Source: Atractiella rhizophila
Taxonomy: Eukaryota
Length of the DNA stretch: 49,626 bases
Assembly: GCA_021432655.1 (NCBI GenBank)
Contig: MU271529.1
Span: forward strand, 1-49,626
Direction: 5' to 3'
The translations under genes were made by a program, and so were the position numbers. The notes under the pieces are model-generated. The model did no database searches, was not told the origin of the DNA, and saw only the letters and a list, made by a program, of their open reading frames with translations. The stretch's first letter is position 1; each line of letters starts with the position of its first letter. Below, one piece after another: positions 1 to 13,609 of the stretch.

Positions 1-3000
1 ATTTGAACATTCATACAAAGTCAAGACACACCTCCACGAGAGAAGCGATTGCTCGCTGGACATTCAATGAAATAGGCGGGTCAAGAGCTTTGGCCAAAGT
101 GTCTTCGATCCCTCCTTCACCGATTTTAAGGATCTTAATACGAAGTGCAAGGTCTTGAAGAGACAATCGCATCATCTCTGGCTGAGGATGTTCATCCATC
201 TATGTGCATGGTCAGCAGTCAAGAACACGATCAGAACTTGGTACGTACAATATTTTCGTAGCGCTCCTTCGAGAAGAGATGGAATGCAATACCTTCTTGC
301 ACACGTCCAGCTCGCCCTCGACGCTGAGCCACGTTGCTCTTAGCGATGAAAGTCTCCACTAAGTGGCTGATTTGCCTCTTCTCATCGAACCTGAAGGCAC
401 ATTGAGCAAGATGGTGGAGGTATCTGACATTTGCAACTACTTGCCTCATCTCACGATGTTTCCCAGTGTCAATTACGCACTGGATATCTGGAATGGTAAT
501 GCCTGTCTCAGCGATGTTGGTTGAAACGACAATTTTCCTTCCAAAAAGTGAACTGCCGCCCACTCTAGAGGGAGTCCATACCTTATACCCGGCTTCGGAA
601 CTTCGAAGACCAAGCCTTGATTGTCGTTGGAGATCGTCGAATGCAACGGGAATACTACAAATGCTTTACTGCCGAACAACTTGTGTGCTTCCAACATTTC
701 GGTCAAGCGGCGGATACTTTCTAAGGACTACACCGACGAGAATAAGTACGGATAGCCACTATAGAGGACACGGACCGGCATAAAGATGAGAATTGCTCTA
801 GAGTAGTTGGAAACGAAAAACTGGTTCGTGATGCATATTGTTTCCAACAGGGACATAATCTAGTCCAAATATCTTATTCAGCCTCACAGTACCTTTTCAA
901 TTAGCTTACCAGTTCGTAATTTATAACATAAGGATCCATCACGCTTAGTGTTGTTTTAGTGAAGGAAGAATAGGTGTTGGACAGGGACAGTCCTTTCTCG
1001 TCCTTCCTATCATCCTCGTCATTGCCAGCTTCTTCTTCTTCCCATTGGCGCGATGAGTTCTCTACAAGGCCTATTTAAATTCTCCTCAAAAAAAGAAGGA
1101 AACGCACTGCTCCTAAAGTTTCGAGCGAGATAAGGTGAGTCAGAATTCGGTGTCAAGCGATAATGGCATAGCTCCACAACATCTTCCAGATAGTGTGAAG
1201 TGACAGGAAATGTTCTCCCAGGAACTTGAGGTGCGAGATTCAGTCGCATTGAGGTAAAAGAGTAAGGAACACACACCATTGATGATTGGGCATCCTCCCA
1301 TGTATTCCGAGATTTTCTCAGCTTCGAGAGTGGCAGACATAAGAATGACCTTCAAGTCCTTCCTGACCTCCATCAACTGTTTGAGAATGATGAGCAGGAA
1401 ATCGCTCTCAATGCTTCGTTCGTGAACCTATTGGAAATTGAGCATATTGAAGTATTGTCACACAAGCCACAGACTTCATCGATGATAATATGTGTAATGT
1501 CTTCTGTAGATGCTTCATTTTCCAGCATTCGAAGAACAATACCCTGAGGGAACAAACTTCAGTCAGACCATCATTTCGACAGCTCCAGACTAACCGTTGT
1601 CGCATAAATTAAACGGGTACTAGAAGACGTCCTTGCTTCCAGCCTGATCGAGTACCCAACGAGCGAAGTCCTTCCGCCACACGCTCCAGGAGAGTCTCCA
1701 AGTTCTCTAGAGACCCGCTGCGCTAGGGAGGTAGCGGATATTCTTCTTGGTTCCGTACATAAAATTTTGACGTGCTTGCCGAGATACATGTCTGATTCAA
1801 GGATAAAGGATGGAACTTGAGTGCTCTTTCCACTGTCACAAAACATGATTAGAACTGTTTCCAAAACTTAGATTTCTGACTTGCCATCCTGTCTCACCAC
1901 ATAGGACAATAGCCTGATTATTCTCGATAGCTTCAGTTATGATATTGCGATACTGAGCAATGGGCAGAGTGAGCCTTTGAAGAAGCATGTCTTGATAGGA
2001 GGCCCAAGTTTGCCTATTTGCAAGCTCCTGTTGAATTTGAGATGCGTCAGCTCGAACCGTCGTCGAAGCTTGTGGGGCGATGGCTTCGTTAATCGCAACA
2101 TCCACCTTTGTGGCTTTGCTGGGCTATATGAACTTCAGATTGAACCTGAACTGGACGAAATAAGGGACAAACCAGGTTCCCTGTCTCGGCTCTTTCATCC
2201 ACAATATCCTTGCAAAGTTTGACAAACTCGCAGTAACTTTTCCAATCCACCTCCTTTGCATTCTCTTCTATCTCCGCCCACAAGTCCCTGAAGGCGGGAG
2301 GAAGCTGTCTATGTACAGTCGAGTTGGGGTTAAGGTGAAACAACGCAATTGTAGCAACATAGTTGAATGCCTGAGCTTCGTCGTAGCAAGCGACATCAGA
2401 CATATCAAAGTCGTTCATCTTTCCATTGTCCCAGATAATCGACACTGAGGCGCTTATCACTCGCGAACCAGTTGATGGCTTGAAAGTGGCAACTGCAAAA
2501 CGGTCCATTCTGCGAATCTGTCATGCAAGCTTAAGTCAGAAAGCATCATGTACGAATAAGTGGATGGAAACTTACAGTATCAAGGAGCAAAGCCTTTGGC
2601 GATTTCCCAGAAAAATGTTTTGGCATTTGCATATTTCGAACGAAGATGGAGGTCCCAGTAGCCTGATCGACCATTTCGCCAGGCATCTCATCCAGCATAT
2701 TGCCAAACATCCCACCATCACTCTCACTATCTCCCGCTTCAGAACTGGCAGACCTTGGAGTCAACAAGCCAGGGGATTGAGCCTCCAACAAGCTGTCATC
2801 TCCGTTCCCAGGTGTTAGTCCAAGACCTAAACCGACCGTCTTCGCAGGCGCCTGGAGTCCCGCATCGCTAGATCTCTTACCATCCGAGGGACGCGAGATC
2901 GCACCGGCTGGAGAAATTGCGCCGGACTGATCGTTCGATGCAGGCATGACATCATTGGGAGATGGCGTTTCGGGGAGGGAATGCCGTCTTTGTTTCTCGA

Positions 3001-4384
3001 GTTTGAAAAGATGGTCAGCCTCCGATCTATTGAAGTAGTACTCCTGCTCGAGAGCCTTTAATTTATCTTCTAGCTCTTTGATTTTCACCTCCCTCTCCCC
3101 GTCCTCATCAGGAGCCAGCGCATCCTTCTCCTTCTTCTTCTTTGACTGGCTCTTTTTCCTGCCTAAAGCCTTCAAAGCTTCGATTTTGAACTTTGTTCTC
3201 ACATATTTGGCATTCGGATCGTCCTCCAGCTCATTTACCTCATCGTTTTCAGCTTGCAAAGCACTGTTGAGGATACGGCTCTTGAGGTCAGGATCCAAAG
3301 ACGATTGGTCTATTTTCTCGTTCTTGCCAGAGAAGACGGAGGCTGGAATGGCCGTCGGTGTTGGAGGAATGACGACTGGCGTTGGTGTGAGAGGCGTCTT
3401 AGGAGGTTGCAGACTGGGGGTACGAGGGGCAGAAAGAGAAGAAAACGACTTAGAGATGGAGGCAGAAGGTGTGAGTGGCGTTGAACTGTTCGCCGTTGGC
3501 GAGAGCAGGGAAGACGGCGCAAGGTCTGGCCCGAATTCTGGGTGTTTGGGATCTACGACGTCCCAGTTAACAAGCAGTAAGTAGATAAATGTTATCGCAC
3601 TGTCAGCATTGAGCAGTTCGTCCTCCGAGCAATATAAGAACAACTGTGCATTGGGATAAGTGTAAGTAATCTTCTAAACGTTGAGACAGGAAGTTTACAT
3701 ACCCAATCGAAGCAATCATCCAAGTCCAGATTCCTAACTTTTCTCATGCATTCTTCAGCCCTCTCGTGAGGAAAATTGAGCTCAAGCAGTGTGCGATAAA
3801 TGACTAAAGCTTTCGTGATCTCCTTTTCTGTCGCAGACCCTGCCTTTATATCTCCTTTTTCGCTTTCTCGTGCAGCGTCTACAGCCTTCGCCTCCTGTAA
3901 CGAGCAATGGTATTAGAAACAGAATGGTCTAGCAATGAAAGAGCACTGACAACTTTATCGTCCTGCCAAATAAACTGTGGCAAAGTTTTGGATAGTCGTC
4001 TTTCATAATCGTAAACCTACAAGTGTGCGGTTAGGTGATATTCCGTCAGTAAAAGATATTGGGCACCTTCATCGCCTTAGCGACTTCTTTATCAACGCTC
4101 GGACGAATCTTTTCGGCCAAAGAACGAATGTACTGTTCCTCAACTTCACGTTCATCAAACTCTTTCACAACCCCTCCTCCGTCTCCGCTCTTCGTTGCGC
4201 CATCACCATTCACCTTCCCATCACCATCGTTGGCACCCTGAATCTCGTCTGTTTCGTTCGCGCTCGGATCACCCAGATTTGCGTCCTGAACAGGCTCCTC
4301 CTCAACTTTCTTGCTTGGAACAGATACGGAGGCGATAGGACGCGCAGGCTTCTTGATGGGAGTCTTCTTTTTCTTGGGAGGCAT
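1..4384 (-). CDS. DEAH-box ATP-dependent RNA helicase, DHX29/DHX57 (Ucp12/YLR419W)-like; multi-exon, 3' end runs off the window
   Basis: Spliced motifs GETGCGKSTQ (Walker A), CTEPRRISA, IIIDEVHERS, ILMSATL, PGRTFPV, STNIAETGITIPDI, QRRGRAGRV and the start of HA2 (LAKALDPP); N-terminus MPPKKKK at 4384; many ~50-nt introns. Confidence 0.93.
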
Positions 4385-5264
4385 TGTTCAAACCCAGGAA
4401 ACTGTATATCGACTGTAACGTTCGTTTTCAGGTGTAGGAGCAAAGTGAGATTTGAAAAGTCGCTGAGGGATATCGAATCCCAAGCTCCGGGACTGGCCGC
4501 GAGAGAGGAAAAGGAGTAGCAAAAATTTGTTGTCCCCTATTGAGAGAGGCTACAGACAAAAATTTTCCAGCAGAATTTGATGCCTGATGACTCCTCTGAA
4601 CGTCGTTATTGTCGCACAAAAGCTGTAAGCAGCCTGAGGCTAGACTCGAATTCGGTGACTCGAAGGTCAAAAGGCGGTTGACAGGCGCTTTCGAGCGTTC
4701 CCTTCCGGCGCAAACGGGGACGGATGAGTCTAAAGAATGAAACTGGCTCGCTGATTTTCTGAATTCTGGCTTGTGCTGGGCGGCTGAGAACGTGATGATA
4801 TTCATCAGATCTTCGTCGGTTCTTTCAAGAATCGCGTTTCTTGCCAGCGGTCGGATATTCAGACTGAGTTGACCACCATTTGATCATGGCCAGATGGCTT
4901 CTCAGCTGCTGTGAACCTAGCGAACTTGAGTCTGACTGCAGCGAACTCGAAGAAGAAAGGCTGCCCATAATCTTGTGGGCTTATTGCTGCTAGGACACGA
5001 GTGGGACCATATGAGGTATGTGGTATTGGCCCGTTGATGGATTGAGGGAGCTCCATCGATGACTTCCCCCAACTTAACACAACATGAATGTCAAGGCAAT
5101 TCAGACCTTATTCTGAACTGGCCGTTTCAGTGCAGCTGACCAAATGGCGGATGAAGGGATGTGCCTTATCTGTTTCCTACTCATTATTAATATTTATCAT
5201 GTAGGAGGAGCTATTCTTTTTCATTCAGCACTTTAACTGTCTCATTTAATATTTTCCACACATT

Positions 5265-5535
5265 TCAGCGCGTAGATCCACCTGGGCAAGAGGAACCAGC
5301 AGGCAAGCATCCACAACTTTTGCTGCACTTGCATTTACATCCAGGGATGTCGGGCGTATCACATAATGCTGCGCAATTGCTTTTCAAGAGATATCAGTTT
5401 AAAAGTTACTGTAATTGGCTCAAAAGCTTACCTGACGCAGGTTGTGTCGCAAACAGCTCGTTCATCTAGTTCGACAGAAGGAAGAGCTGATGCTGTCAGG
5501 GTTACGAAGAGAAGCGACCACAAGACGAATTTCAT
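5265..5535 (-). CDS. Small secreted cysteine-rich peptide (72 aa, 2 exons: 5535-5432, 5379-5265)
   Basis: MKFVLWSLLFVTLTASA-LPSVELDER-AVCDTTCVSNCAALCDTPDIPGCKCKCSKSCGCLPAGSSCPGGSTR*; signal peptide; 52-nt intron GTAAGC...CTGAT...AAG keeps frame; 10 Cys. Confidence 0.85.
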
Positions 5536-5620
5536 TTTTCCCTAACCATTCACCTGTTAGAGAGGAACGTATATGAGAAATCATCTCACTGCTTTCTTTC
5601 TTTGAATTTGAATCTCACTG

Positions 5621-5869
5621 TCACAAGCTGGAGGAGAATTCTTCTATCCATCGCCATTTTATACCCGCTTTGTTTACCCACAATGCAATCTTTCCTGACT
5701 CTTCAGCAAGGAGTGGGTTGTGGGTCCCGCCCTCATCTTCTTCCGTCCACTGATCCCTGACATGATACGTGGCGAGTTCGTCGATAGGTGATCTGTAGAA
5801 TGATGGTGTCGGAGTGGAGAAAGTTGTTGCAGATTCCAGATTCTCCTCATCTCCGCTCAGTTCACTCAT
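5621..5869 (-). CDS. Hypothetical acidic 82-aa ORF (orphan gene fragment or upstream ORF of the Cys-rich peptide transcript)
   Basis: ATG-started, protein-like ORF ending 85 nt before the peptide gene; no recognisable family. Confidence 0.25.
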   Translation of the reverse strand: MSELSGDEENLESATTFSTPTPSFYRSPIDELATYHVRDQWTEEDEGGTHNPLLAEESGKIALWVNKAGIKWRWIEEFSSSL

Positions 5870-6712
5870 GTCGTTTCATCTGCCACTGCATTCTTTTCTT
5901 TATTTAGCAGGGTTTTACATGTTCACATTCAACTGTCGAGATTTCTGTGATTTGGAATTTCGCCCTTACCAAACGGCAGAGGCGGCAGTTGGAGGCTTGT
6001 GTCACCCACAGGGAAGAATTCGGGCAATGAAAGGGATGGAAAGATATCAAACAATGGATGCATATGTAAACTGAGATGTCAATTCGTCATCTTCAACTGG
6101 GAGGAAAGGTATTTTCTCCACTCCTATATCACGTGCAGTGACATTACAGATACCTCACTTTTGACAGAAGGGGCCAGGAGAATTGTAATTATCGCAGAGG
6201 ACCAATAACTTCCATCTGTTGCATTGTTTTGACTCGGTGCTGCTTCCAGTGCTTAAGAGTAATTTTCATCACTTTAGAAATTGTTAGGTGATGAAGGAAG
6301 TTCAAGTGTTCTGCATCATTTTTAAAATTTCCATGACTCGCCACTGATAAAGAACCACACGGATCTTTACCACCTTTTTGCAATGCCGCCGTTTATTCAT
6401 TCGCTCGACTGCATCACGCTCCCGGCAATCTGAAGCTTCGGTCTTTGATGTATGGAGTTAAGGTCCACCTCATTCTGAACATTGTTCACCTCCTGCAACC
6501 GTGTAACATTCACAGCACACAAGCTTCTCACAACTTCCCGCGGTTCCGATGATGCTTATATCTGGAATCTAAGAACCAGAACTTGAGAAGGTTGGCTCAA
6601 ATGATCACGCGGCGCCATGTGGATAGGAGAAAAAGCAATCCATCCTTGCTCCATCCATCCAGCCTGAGGAGCAGCGCCACCGCCACCCTTACACATTCAC
6701 GAATCTCGCAAG

Positions 6713-7456
6713 ATGCCAGGCCCTTTCCAACGAGACGACTGGCCGAATGATTTCGACCGTTCTGAGGCGGCCAAAGTGACCGTAGCAAGGTTTCAGAATG
6801 TACAGGGGGGGACGATGATGGTCCGTAATACAGAAGGCTACGATCACGACAAAGGGAAGAAGGTGATGGGATGGTTCGTCTATTTCTTCCACCCTCGATT
6901 GAGCAACTGATGGACGTTGACGGGTCCCCCTCTGCCCCGTGATTGCGATTTTTGAAGGAAAGCGCCTTGGGAAGGACAAAACTGGCGTGTCCAGAATAGA
7001 TACAAGATTCCATGGACTCTCCTTCCAACCGTCTACTTTCTGGTGAACGAATCGACGGGAGAGCGACTTCTTGCTCGAGGTAGGTGCAACAACCTCAGCC
7101 ACAGAGGTTGCGACAGCATTTTGATAACGCCGCACAGGGAAGAATGCACCAGCAGAATGCATGTCAGAGGAGAAAATCCGCGAATTACAGAATAAAGGTG
7201 ATTGGGAGGACCATTGCGACTTTTGGTATTTCCGCAAGTACGCAAAGGACGACGGTCTCCAGGTCGTGTAAGTCATATTCATTGCCTAGGACGAGATATT
7301 GAGCAACCTCCTAGAATCCACAACGCTGGCTTCAAGGATTATGTTTTGGATTTAGCTGCGGGTCTAGGCGACGATGGGACTACAATTTATTCGTATGAAG
7401 AGAACGGAGGCAACAATCAGTATTGGAAGGTACAAATTGTGGATGAGCAGTATTAG
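6713..7456 (+). CDS. Ricin B-type (beta-trefoil, CBM13-like) lectin, no signal peptide, about 4 exons
   Basis: Last exon RIHNAGFKDYVLDLAAGLGDDGTTIYSYEENGGNNQYWKV matches the ricin-B repeat consensus (vLDl..g...G..i......g.NQ.W); earlier exons carry FQNVQGGT and YFLVNESTG repeat starts. Confidence 0.75.
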
Positions 7457-8065
7457 AAGAAGTAACAAGTAGAACCCCTTACACATTCCCAATACGTTTG
7501 CAATCATGATGTTGCAGAGTGTGCATCTGCTTTAGGGAGTCGCTAGCACGATTACGGGTTTAATTTAATAGGAACTGCACACATTGTTCTCTTTACTAGT
7601 CCATCTCATTATTGGTGCGCTCATGTGCCCATGTCTGTTGATCTAAAGACATTAATGTCTTTTAAGCTGCTAACTTGTGGATGTACGACGGGATTGCCCA
7701 CTACTGTGAATATCGCCTCTCCATCCGATACACCTGGCCCACGGATTGTTTCCTAGCTTTTCTGCAGGCCTCCTCCTCCAACACAGGAAGGGCATTGTCT
7801 TGAACACTTCGGCCCTTCGCAGCGGAACAGAATGCCCAGTGTCACAAGCAGAGGGTTTTCATACCCAACCACTGCAACGACAGCGACTGGACGAAGCTCA
7901 GCAACAGGGGTCGCAAAGCAGACAGGCATCCTTTCAAGTCTACCGGAATCCTAAGAACTCAAAGACGTACATTCTCCCTACGTAAATTAAAAGATACTTT
8001 TGCTCGCTGAGCTCACAAAACTTCCCCTCCCTCCTGTCACCACCACCACCTCTCCCGTTCCCAGC

Positions 8066-8432
8066 TCATGAACCACCGCTGCAGAGACCTGTCAGTAGGA
8101 ATGAGGAGGACAAGAAAATGAAGACGAACACAAGGATATTGTTGATGGGAATATGAATCAGTTTGACGAAATATCCAATGAAGCCCATGATCACGAATCC
8201 GACAGCGACGGCACGACAAATTTGGGCGTATTCTTCACCAAAGTGGGTTAGGCTTCTTCAACCATGACAGTAAAGAATATACCTTTTTGGTCTGGCTTCG
8301 TACAGCGGTTCATGAACTATTCCATCTGGTCGTCAGCCACAGAGAGAAGAGGGGAGCAGGAGCACCAACCTGTGTGCCATCCTTGATGAATTTTCGGGGG
8401 ATCTCAGCGATATCAGCGACTTGGGAGGACAT
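8066..8432 (-). CDS. SSS1: Protein translocon subunit Sec61 gamma (Sss1), 4 exons
   Basis: Spliced product [70 protein letters not shown]. Confidence 0.96.
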
Positions 8433-8645
8433 CTTGGCGTTTAGCTGCTGAGGAAAGGAAGGAAAGGAGAGACTGAGTATTTCTTTTGAGGCTGGATTAG
8501 CGGTGCGACGTGGTCAGAAGTTTGTTTGTGGAACGCCGTCCGGATTGGCGGGACTGCTCTTCCGATACGAGTCCGGCGGCCGATCATCGGACGAAAAAGA
8601 GTCTCACACATACAAGAAAAGGAAAGGCCTCAAAGAACGACCAAG

Positions 8646-9679
8646 ATGATTCTTTCTCACCTACTTCCCTTTGTTTTCGCTGCCTCCTATGCCCTTCCTC
8701 CCATTCGAGTTGGCCTTGCAGGCGCTGACAAAGTCGATGATCTGCACCTGAAGAGAGAGACAATTGAAGAAGCCAGTGCGTTTATAGTTTATCTGTTATC
8801 TTATCAGTTCCCCCGCAACAATCCCGTTTTGACTGGTCACCTTGTGATTGTGCTCAGCTGTGAGAGCGAGGGAGTTGGTCAAGTGGAGAAGCGATGGAAT
8901 TGGGACATTGATGAGCGTCTGGCCGAACGATTAGTGCGTCTTCCTTTCCTTGTTTGGTGGCGTGCTCCTCATGGCAATGACTTGTGTGACGTGACATGAT
9001 TTATTTTCTCGCTATTTCTTCGTTTCGGATTGCGCTGCGCCAAACAGCAAAGATGAATCCCTTGCCAATTTACCCATCGGTCTCCAAGAATACTTCGCTT
9101 CGACGGATGAAGGCGACTTCTACCTCCTCGCCATGCCCATCTCCAATATCTACTCCTTCGCTCTCCACAGTCCCGGTCGCAACATCACCCTCTCGATCAA
9201 AGACGAGCGTGGCGAGCGAGAGAAAGGGAAACTTTGGGTACTGTTTCTCTTTCCATTCTATCGACCATGAGTCTTGACTTTGCGCTCATCGGGATGACTT
9301 AGGCTGCAGCAAGAGCGAGACTCGTAGTGTATGGTCATCTGGAAGATCTAGGAGTGAACACCCCAAAGGCGAAGGTCGCAGAAGCGGCCTATTTAGCGGA
9401 ACACCCAGATAGTAAGATGTGGCTTCCTCCCGGTGGACCTCATCGCGCTTTCTGGGTCAAACTGCACGTGGACAGAGTTTATTGGTACGTGTTTCGATTC
9501 CCAAACGCTTTGAGGAGGACAAAGAACTTAGAAAGTGTTTGGTGCGTAGGTTTGGTGGTTTTGGTGATGTGGCACAGATTGGATGGCTGCCGCTGGACTT
9601 GTGGAAGGAGAGCGTGCCGAAGGAGGAAACCTTGGTTTGGGATGGTCAACAAGACAGCCTGGTGTTTCAGGATCGTTAG
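8646..9679 (+). CDS. Secreted CREG1-like / pyridoxamine-5'-phosphate-oxidase-fold (split barrel) protein
   Basis: Signal peptide MILSHLLPFVFAASYA; spliced ARELVKW..GIGTLMSVWP, PIGLQEYFA, RARLVVYG, YLAEHPDSKMWLPPGGPHRAFWVKLHVDRVYW-FGGFGDVAQIGWLPLDLW, typical of fungal CREG-like proteins. Confidence 0.82.
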
Positions 9680-10157
9680 CCCACTCTCTCAATTCGCGAA
9701 CCTGGAAGAGGAGGTTAGCGAACAGGAGGGTGACGACTAAGACGTCTTTGTTCTGTCAATATGACAATATCAAATCCCAACTTAGTGTTCCATTGTTCTT
9801 GTCATGGCAGCTGTGCCAAGGTGGCTCATCACATATATTTTTTGAGACTGAACTCCAACGCGATATAAACAGAAACTGAAGTTCTATTCCTTTGCTACAT
9901 CGCTAATCTTCATGATGGTGATAGTACACGATGGACAAATATATGAGAAATACGAACTCGTCAGCTGCAGTTGTCACAACAAAACCTCGAAGAGAAACCT
10001 TTGGATACTTTTCGTACTCTCAATCAAATGAAATCAGTCTGCACAAACTTAAAAACGCGAAAAGTAAAACATGGCATAGTGCACTGCTAGGATGTGTGTA
10101 TCCATTCATACGTCCTCTGTCCGAACTCAAGACAGTTTCTTTTTTCGTTGAAGGTGA

Positions 10158-13100
10158 TCAAAGATTATGAACCTCCATATCGAAGAGTCGATTCCAATAC
10201 TCCCCACTAGCGACGTTCCCATTCCCAACAGTGGGTCCACTCGTCGACATAGACGCAGAGTTGAGGCTAGCGCTAGTCGAAGCAGGAGGGACAGAATACG
10301 AGAATCCGATGCCCATACCCTCCCTCTCCCTCCCTTCTCCTAACCCAGAAGCGACAATCCTCTTCTTCTCAGAGGAGAACTCATGCGCTCCCATCTCCTC
10401 GGCCGACCGTTTGCGCGAGGAGGTCGTTGGACGAGGTGTTGTGGCGGTTGTGGGACGGGAGGGGACTGGTTTGCGTGCGAGTGAGAGTGGGAGAAACGGA
10501 CGGCCTCGTCACGCGTTAGAAGCTCGACGAGACGGTCTGCTGTTGTGCTGCTTTCTCTCCTCCTATTCAACACACTATTAGCTCAAGATGAAGGAGAGCA
10601 CAAGGGAACACGAACCTGAGGAATTCAATCGCAAGACTAATCATCTCCCTCCTATCGGCTACATCTCGTCGGATCCTCTCGTCCTCTCCGACGATTCCAG
10701 AAACAGGAATGTGGAAAAGGTCGAGACAAAGCGTGACGCCAGCTTTCCAGACCCATTTCTCGATCTTTCCCCAATTCAAGACTGGGAATCCAATCTCCTC
10801 GCAATGTCTCATGAGGAGAATGACCGTCTTAGCGCTAAAGATAGATATCTCCACGCTTTGACGTTTCATGGGAGTACAAAAGCCGGAGATAATGGATGGG
10901 AAGTGAAGGGCGAGCATGGTCGAGTGGAAAAGGAAGCCGATCATGATGCGAGACCATGTCAAATGTCTCAGCGAAGGCGAGTGATCGATCGTCGAGATGT
11001 CGGGACGCAGGAAGGAAGGTATGCGTTCGTATGCTTCTCGCAATTCCTTTGTAACCTCGATCACGTGCTCGTAAGGCAGTTCAGACTCTGAGCTTTGGCT
11101 TTCCCTTTGGGAGAGGTTATGAAGATCCGTCGCTCGCCGTACCACTAAGCAATGATAAATTTCTGTAGGAAATAAAGAGGTGTCGACGTACCTTGGGCGA
11201 ATGAGATCTTGCTCAGGTGATAACTCATAACCGTTGGCTTCTCGGGCGACTTCTGGTTCGCATTCCTTTCGCCTAGATCCTCATCCTCCAAATTCCAAGG
11301 GATAGAATATCGATTCTGATCCGCTGGAATAGAATATGTTTGAGTCTCGAGCGAGTCTTGATAGTCTTCTGTCATCAGAGTCCAATGGAGACGACGTAGC
11401 AGCTCGACTTGGAGGAATGGAGCGGTGGGTTGCACCTTCTGTAGGGTATGTCATCAGTCTAACCATCTAAACTTGATGAAGAGCGGGGCGGGGGACCAAC
11501 CCTAAGTTGAAGAGCGCGAAGAGCGGTGGATATAAGGACACGTTTCATCTCATGGATTCCTTGATCCTCTAACCAAACGTTCATGAGTACGATCGCCTGA
11601 AGACTTTCCACTGTTCCAGACGTCAGCGCTCCAGAGCAGCTCAGGAGGCGATACGCCATCTGCTCCCCGTTACAGTTAGATTCATTTCGGACTCCCATTA
11701 GATATTACATTAGGAAAGACGCACCTTAAAGAGCAATTTCGAATTCGGCTCAGCCGTGGGCTTGACATCCGCCCTTCCCGTTCCTAACCCAGACCCGAAG
11801 AACCTCGTCGAGAGGCAGAGAATCATGAGGAGCAAAGAGAGCCAGGCGGGATCCACTTCAGCCGAAGAATTGGCGTTGATTTGAGCGAAGAACTGAGTGT
11901 ATTGAGCTTTGAAGCTCGGAACGTGCAGGGGTTTCGAGATCCACTCGAGTTTTTGAAGCTAAAACAAATGCACACATCAGCTTGCTTCACCAGAGAGGAT
12001 GACAACTTACGTAGTTATCCACCAGCTCGTCGCAAAGATGTCGTGGAGGCAAACAGGAGAGTGCCTCTTTGAGATCTCGCTCACGATCCATTCCGCTCAT
12101 GAGGTCCAAAACGTCCAACATGCCATTCGCATTCTTCGACACCTCTTCCTTCTTCTTCAATCCCAACAATGACTTGCCGCTCGCTCCCTGCTGTCCATTT
12201 GAAGGCCAATGGGAGAATCCATCGTACGTTCCAGAACTCGATGGCGGCGTTTGGTCGTTCCTCTTCCCTTGCCCATTACGATGCAGGACATTGTTATCCG
12301 AATGGGATGAAGACGAAGAGGCGGAAGATTCCGAACGTCCAGCACGGGACTTCGTATTTGCGGTTGTTAGGGATCCCACAGTGGCAGATGGAGCGGGGTG
12401 GGTAGCAGTGGAGATGAGAGGAGGGAGTAGGTGCCCTGGCAACGAGGTTGCAGTCGATGGGCGGGTCGTACCACCGAGGACGACGTTTTCCAGATAGCTG
12501 AGACGATGGAGGATCAATTTTAGCTCTTCTTCCGTCGTCTTGGGCACAGCTGCGGGTTCGACGAGCGAAGGAGGTTGCGAAGCGAAGCTCAGTTGATGCG
12601 AGTAGGGAATTGGGACGCCCAAGGGATAGCTTGCCGCAGAAGCGAATTGTTGAGGAGGAGCCGCAGCAGAAGCTGGAGGAGCATACTGTTCGGCAGTTGC
12701 GAATCGATAGATGGGATGGGAGAGCGACGAGAGGTTGTAATTCGCAGTTGCAGTCGTCGCGGCTGAAGTGGATCCCATGACTGTGTGGTGAGGTGCGATG
12801 TTGGGTCCCGACGAGGTAGAAGGACGGGAAGCACTTTTGAGGGATTTAGTTCGGTGAGATGGGGTGCTGCGAGGGCGGAGCAGGACCAAGGAGGACAGGG
12901 GTCAATGCGGTGGACAACACGCAAGAGACAGGGGACAAACCCGTGGGATTCTGAGGCTCTACGACCTGCCGACCACTGGCACTCTTCTCCTCGTCGAACG
13001 CAATTCGAGCAGCCAGCCACGCTGTTCCTATCGCACTGAATGAAGGGAAAGGTTGATATGATAAAGATCTGGGAAAAGCGAGAATGTACGGACCTTTACC

Positions 13101-13609
13101 TTTCGGGTCTTGCATTGAATGCCTGTCAAGTCGTCACCAATGGTCAGTAATTAGAAGACGATCCAATGAATCTCCATGGAAAAGGACGCACAGGATAATG
13201 CTGCTCTATTCCGCTTCTTCTTCCCTTCTTCTCCGGAGCTGTTGCCCTCCGTGTTGATCTTCAACTTCTTCGAAGATTTGGGCGGCGCAGGTGTTGGGAT
13301 GACGAGCGTCTGTGTCTGTGGCGCCGGCTCAGGTCCAGAGATCGTGATCTGAGTCGAGGGGGCAGTTGTGGTTGTGGGTGACGGAGGAGATGGCTCCTTG
13401 TGCCGAGGCGAATTATGATGGGAGTTGTGGTGCGACTGTGGCCGTTGTGGCTCGATCGTGTGCAACGGTGGGCTGATCCTTGTGCTCGACAGTTGAACCA
13501 AAACGTTCGCTGCTGGGGAAGCACGCGCAGAATGTGAGTGAGGCGTGGGTGGTGAACGCCTTGGAGGAGGACTGGCAGTGTTTCTCTGGAGCAGTTCTCT
13601 GACGTCCAT
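10158..13609 (-). CDS. Zn(II)2Cys6 transcription factor with fungal TF middle homology region
   Basis: RNRAALSC-IQCKTRKVK-CDRNSVAGCSNCVRRGEECQW split over short exons; MHR motifs LPPRHLCDELVDNY, TVESLQAIVL, ELLRRLHWTLMTED, PWNLEDED. Confidence 0.88.
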
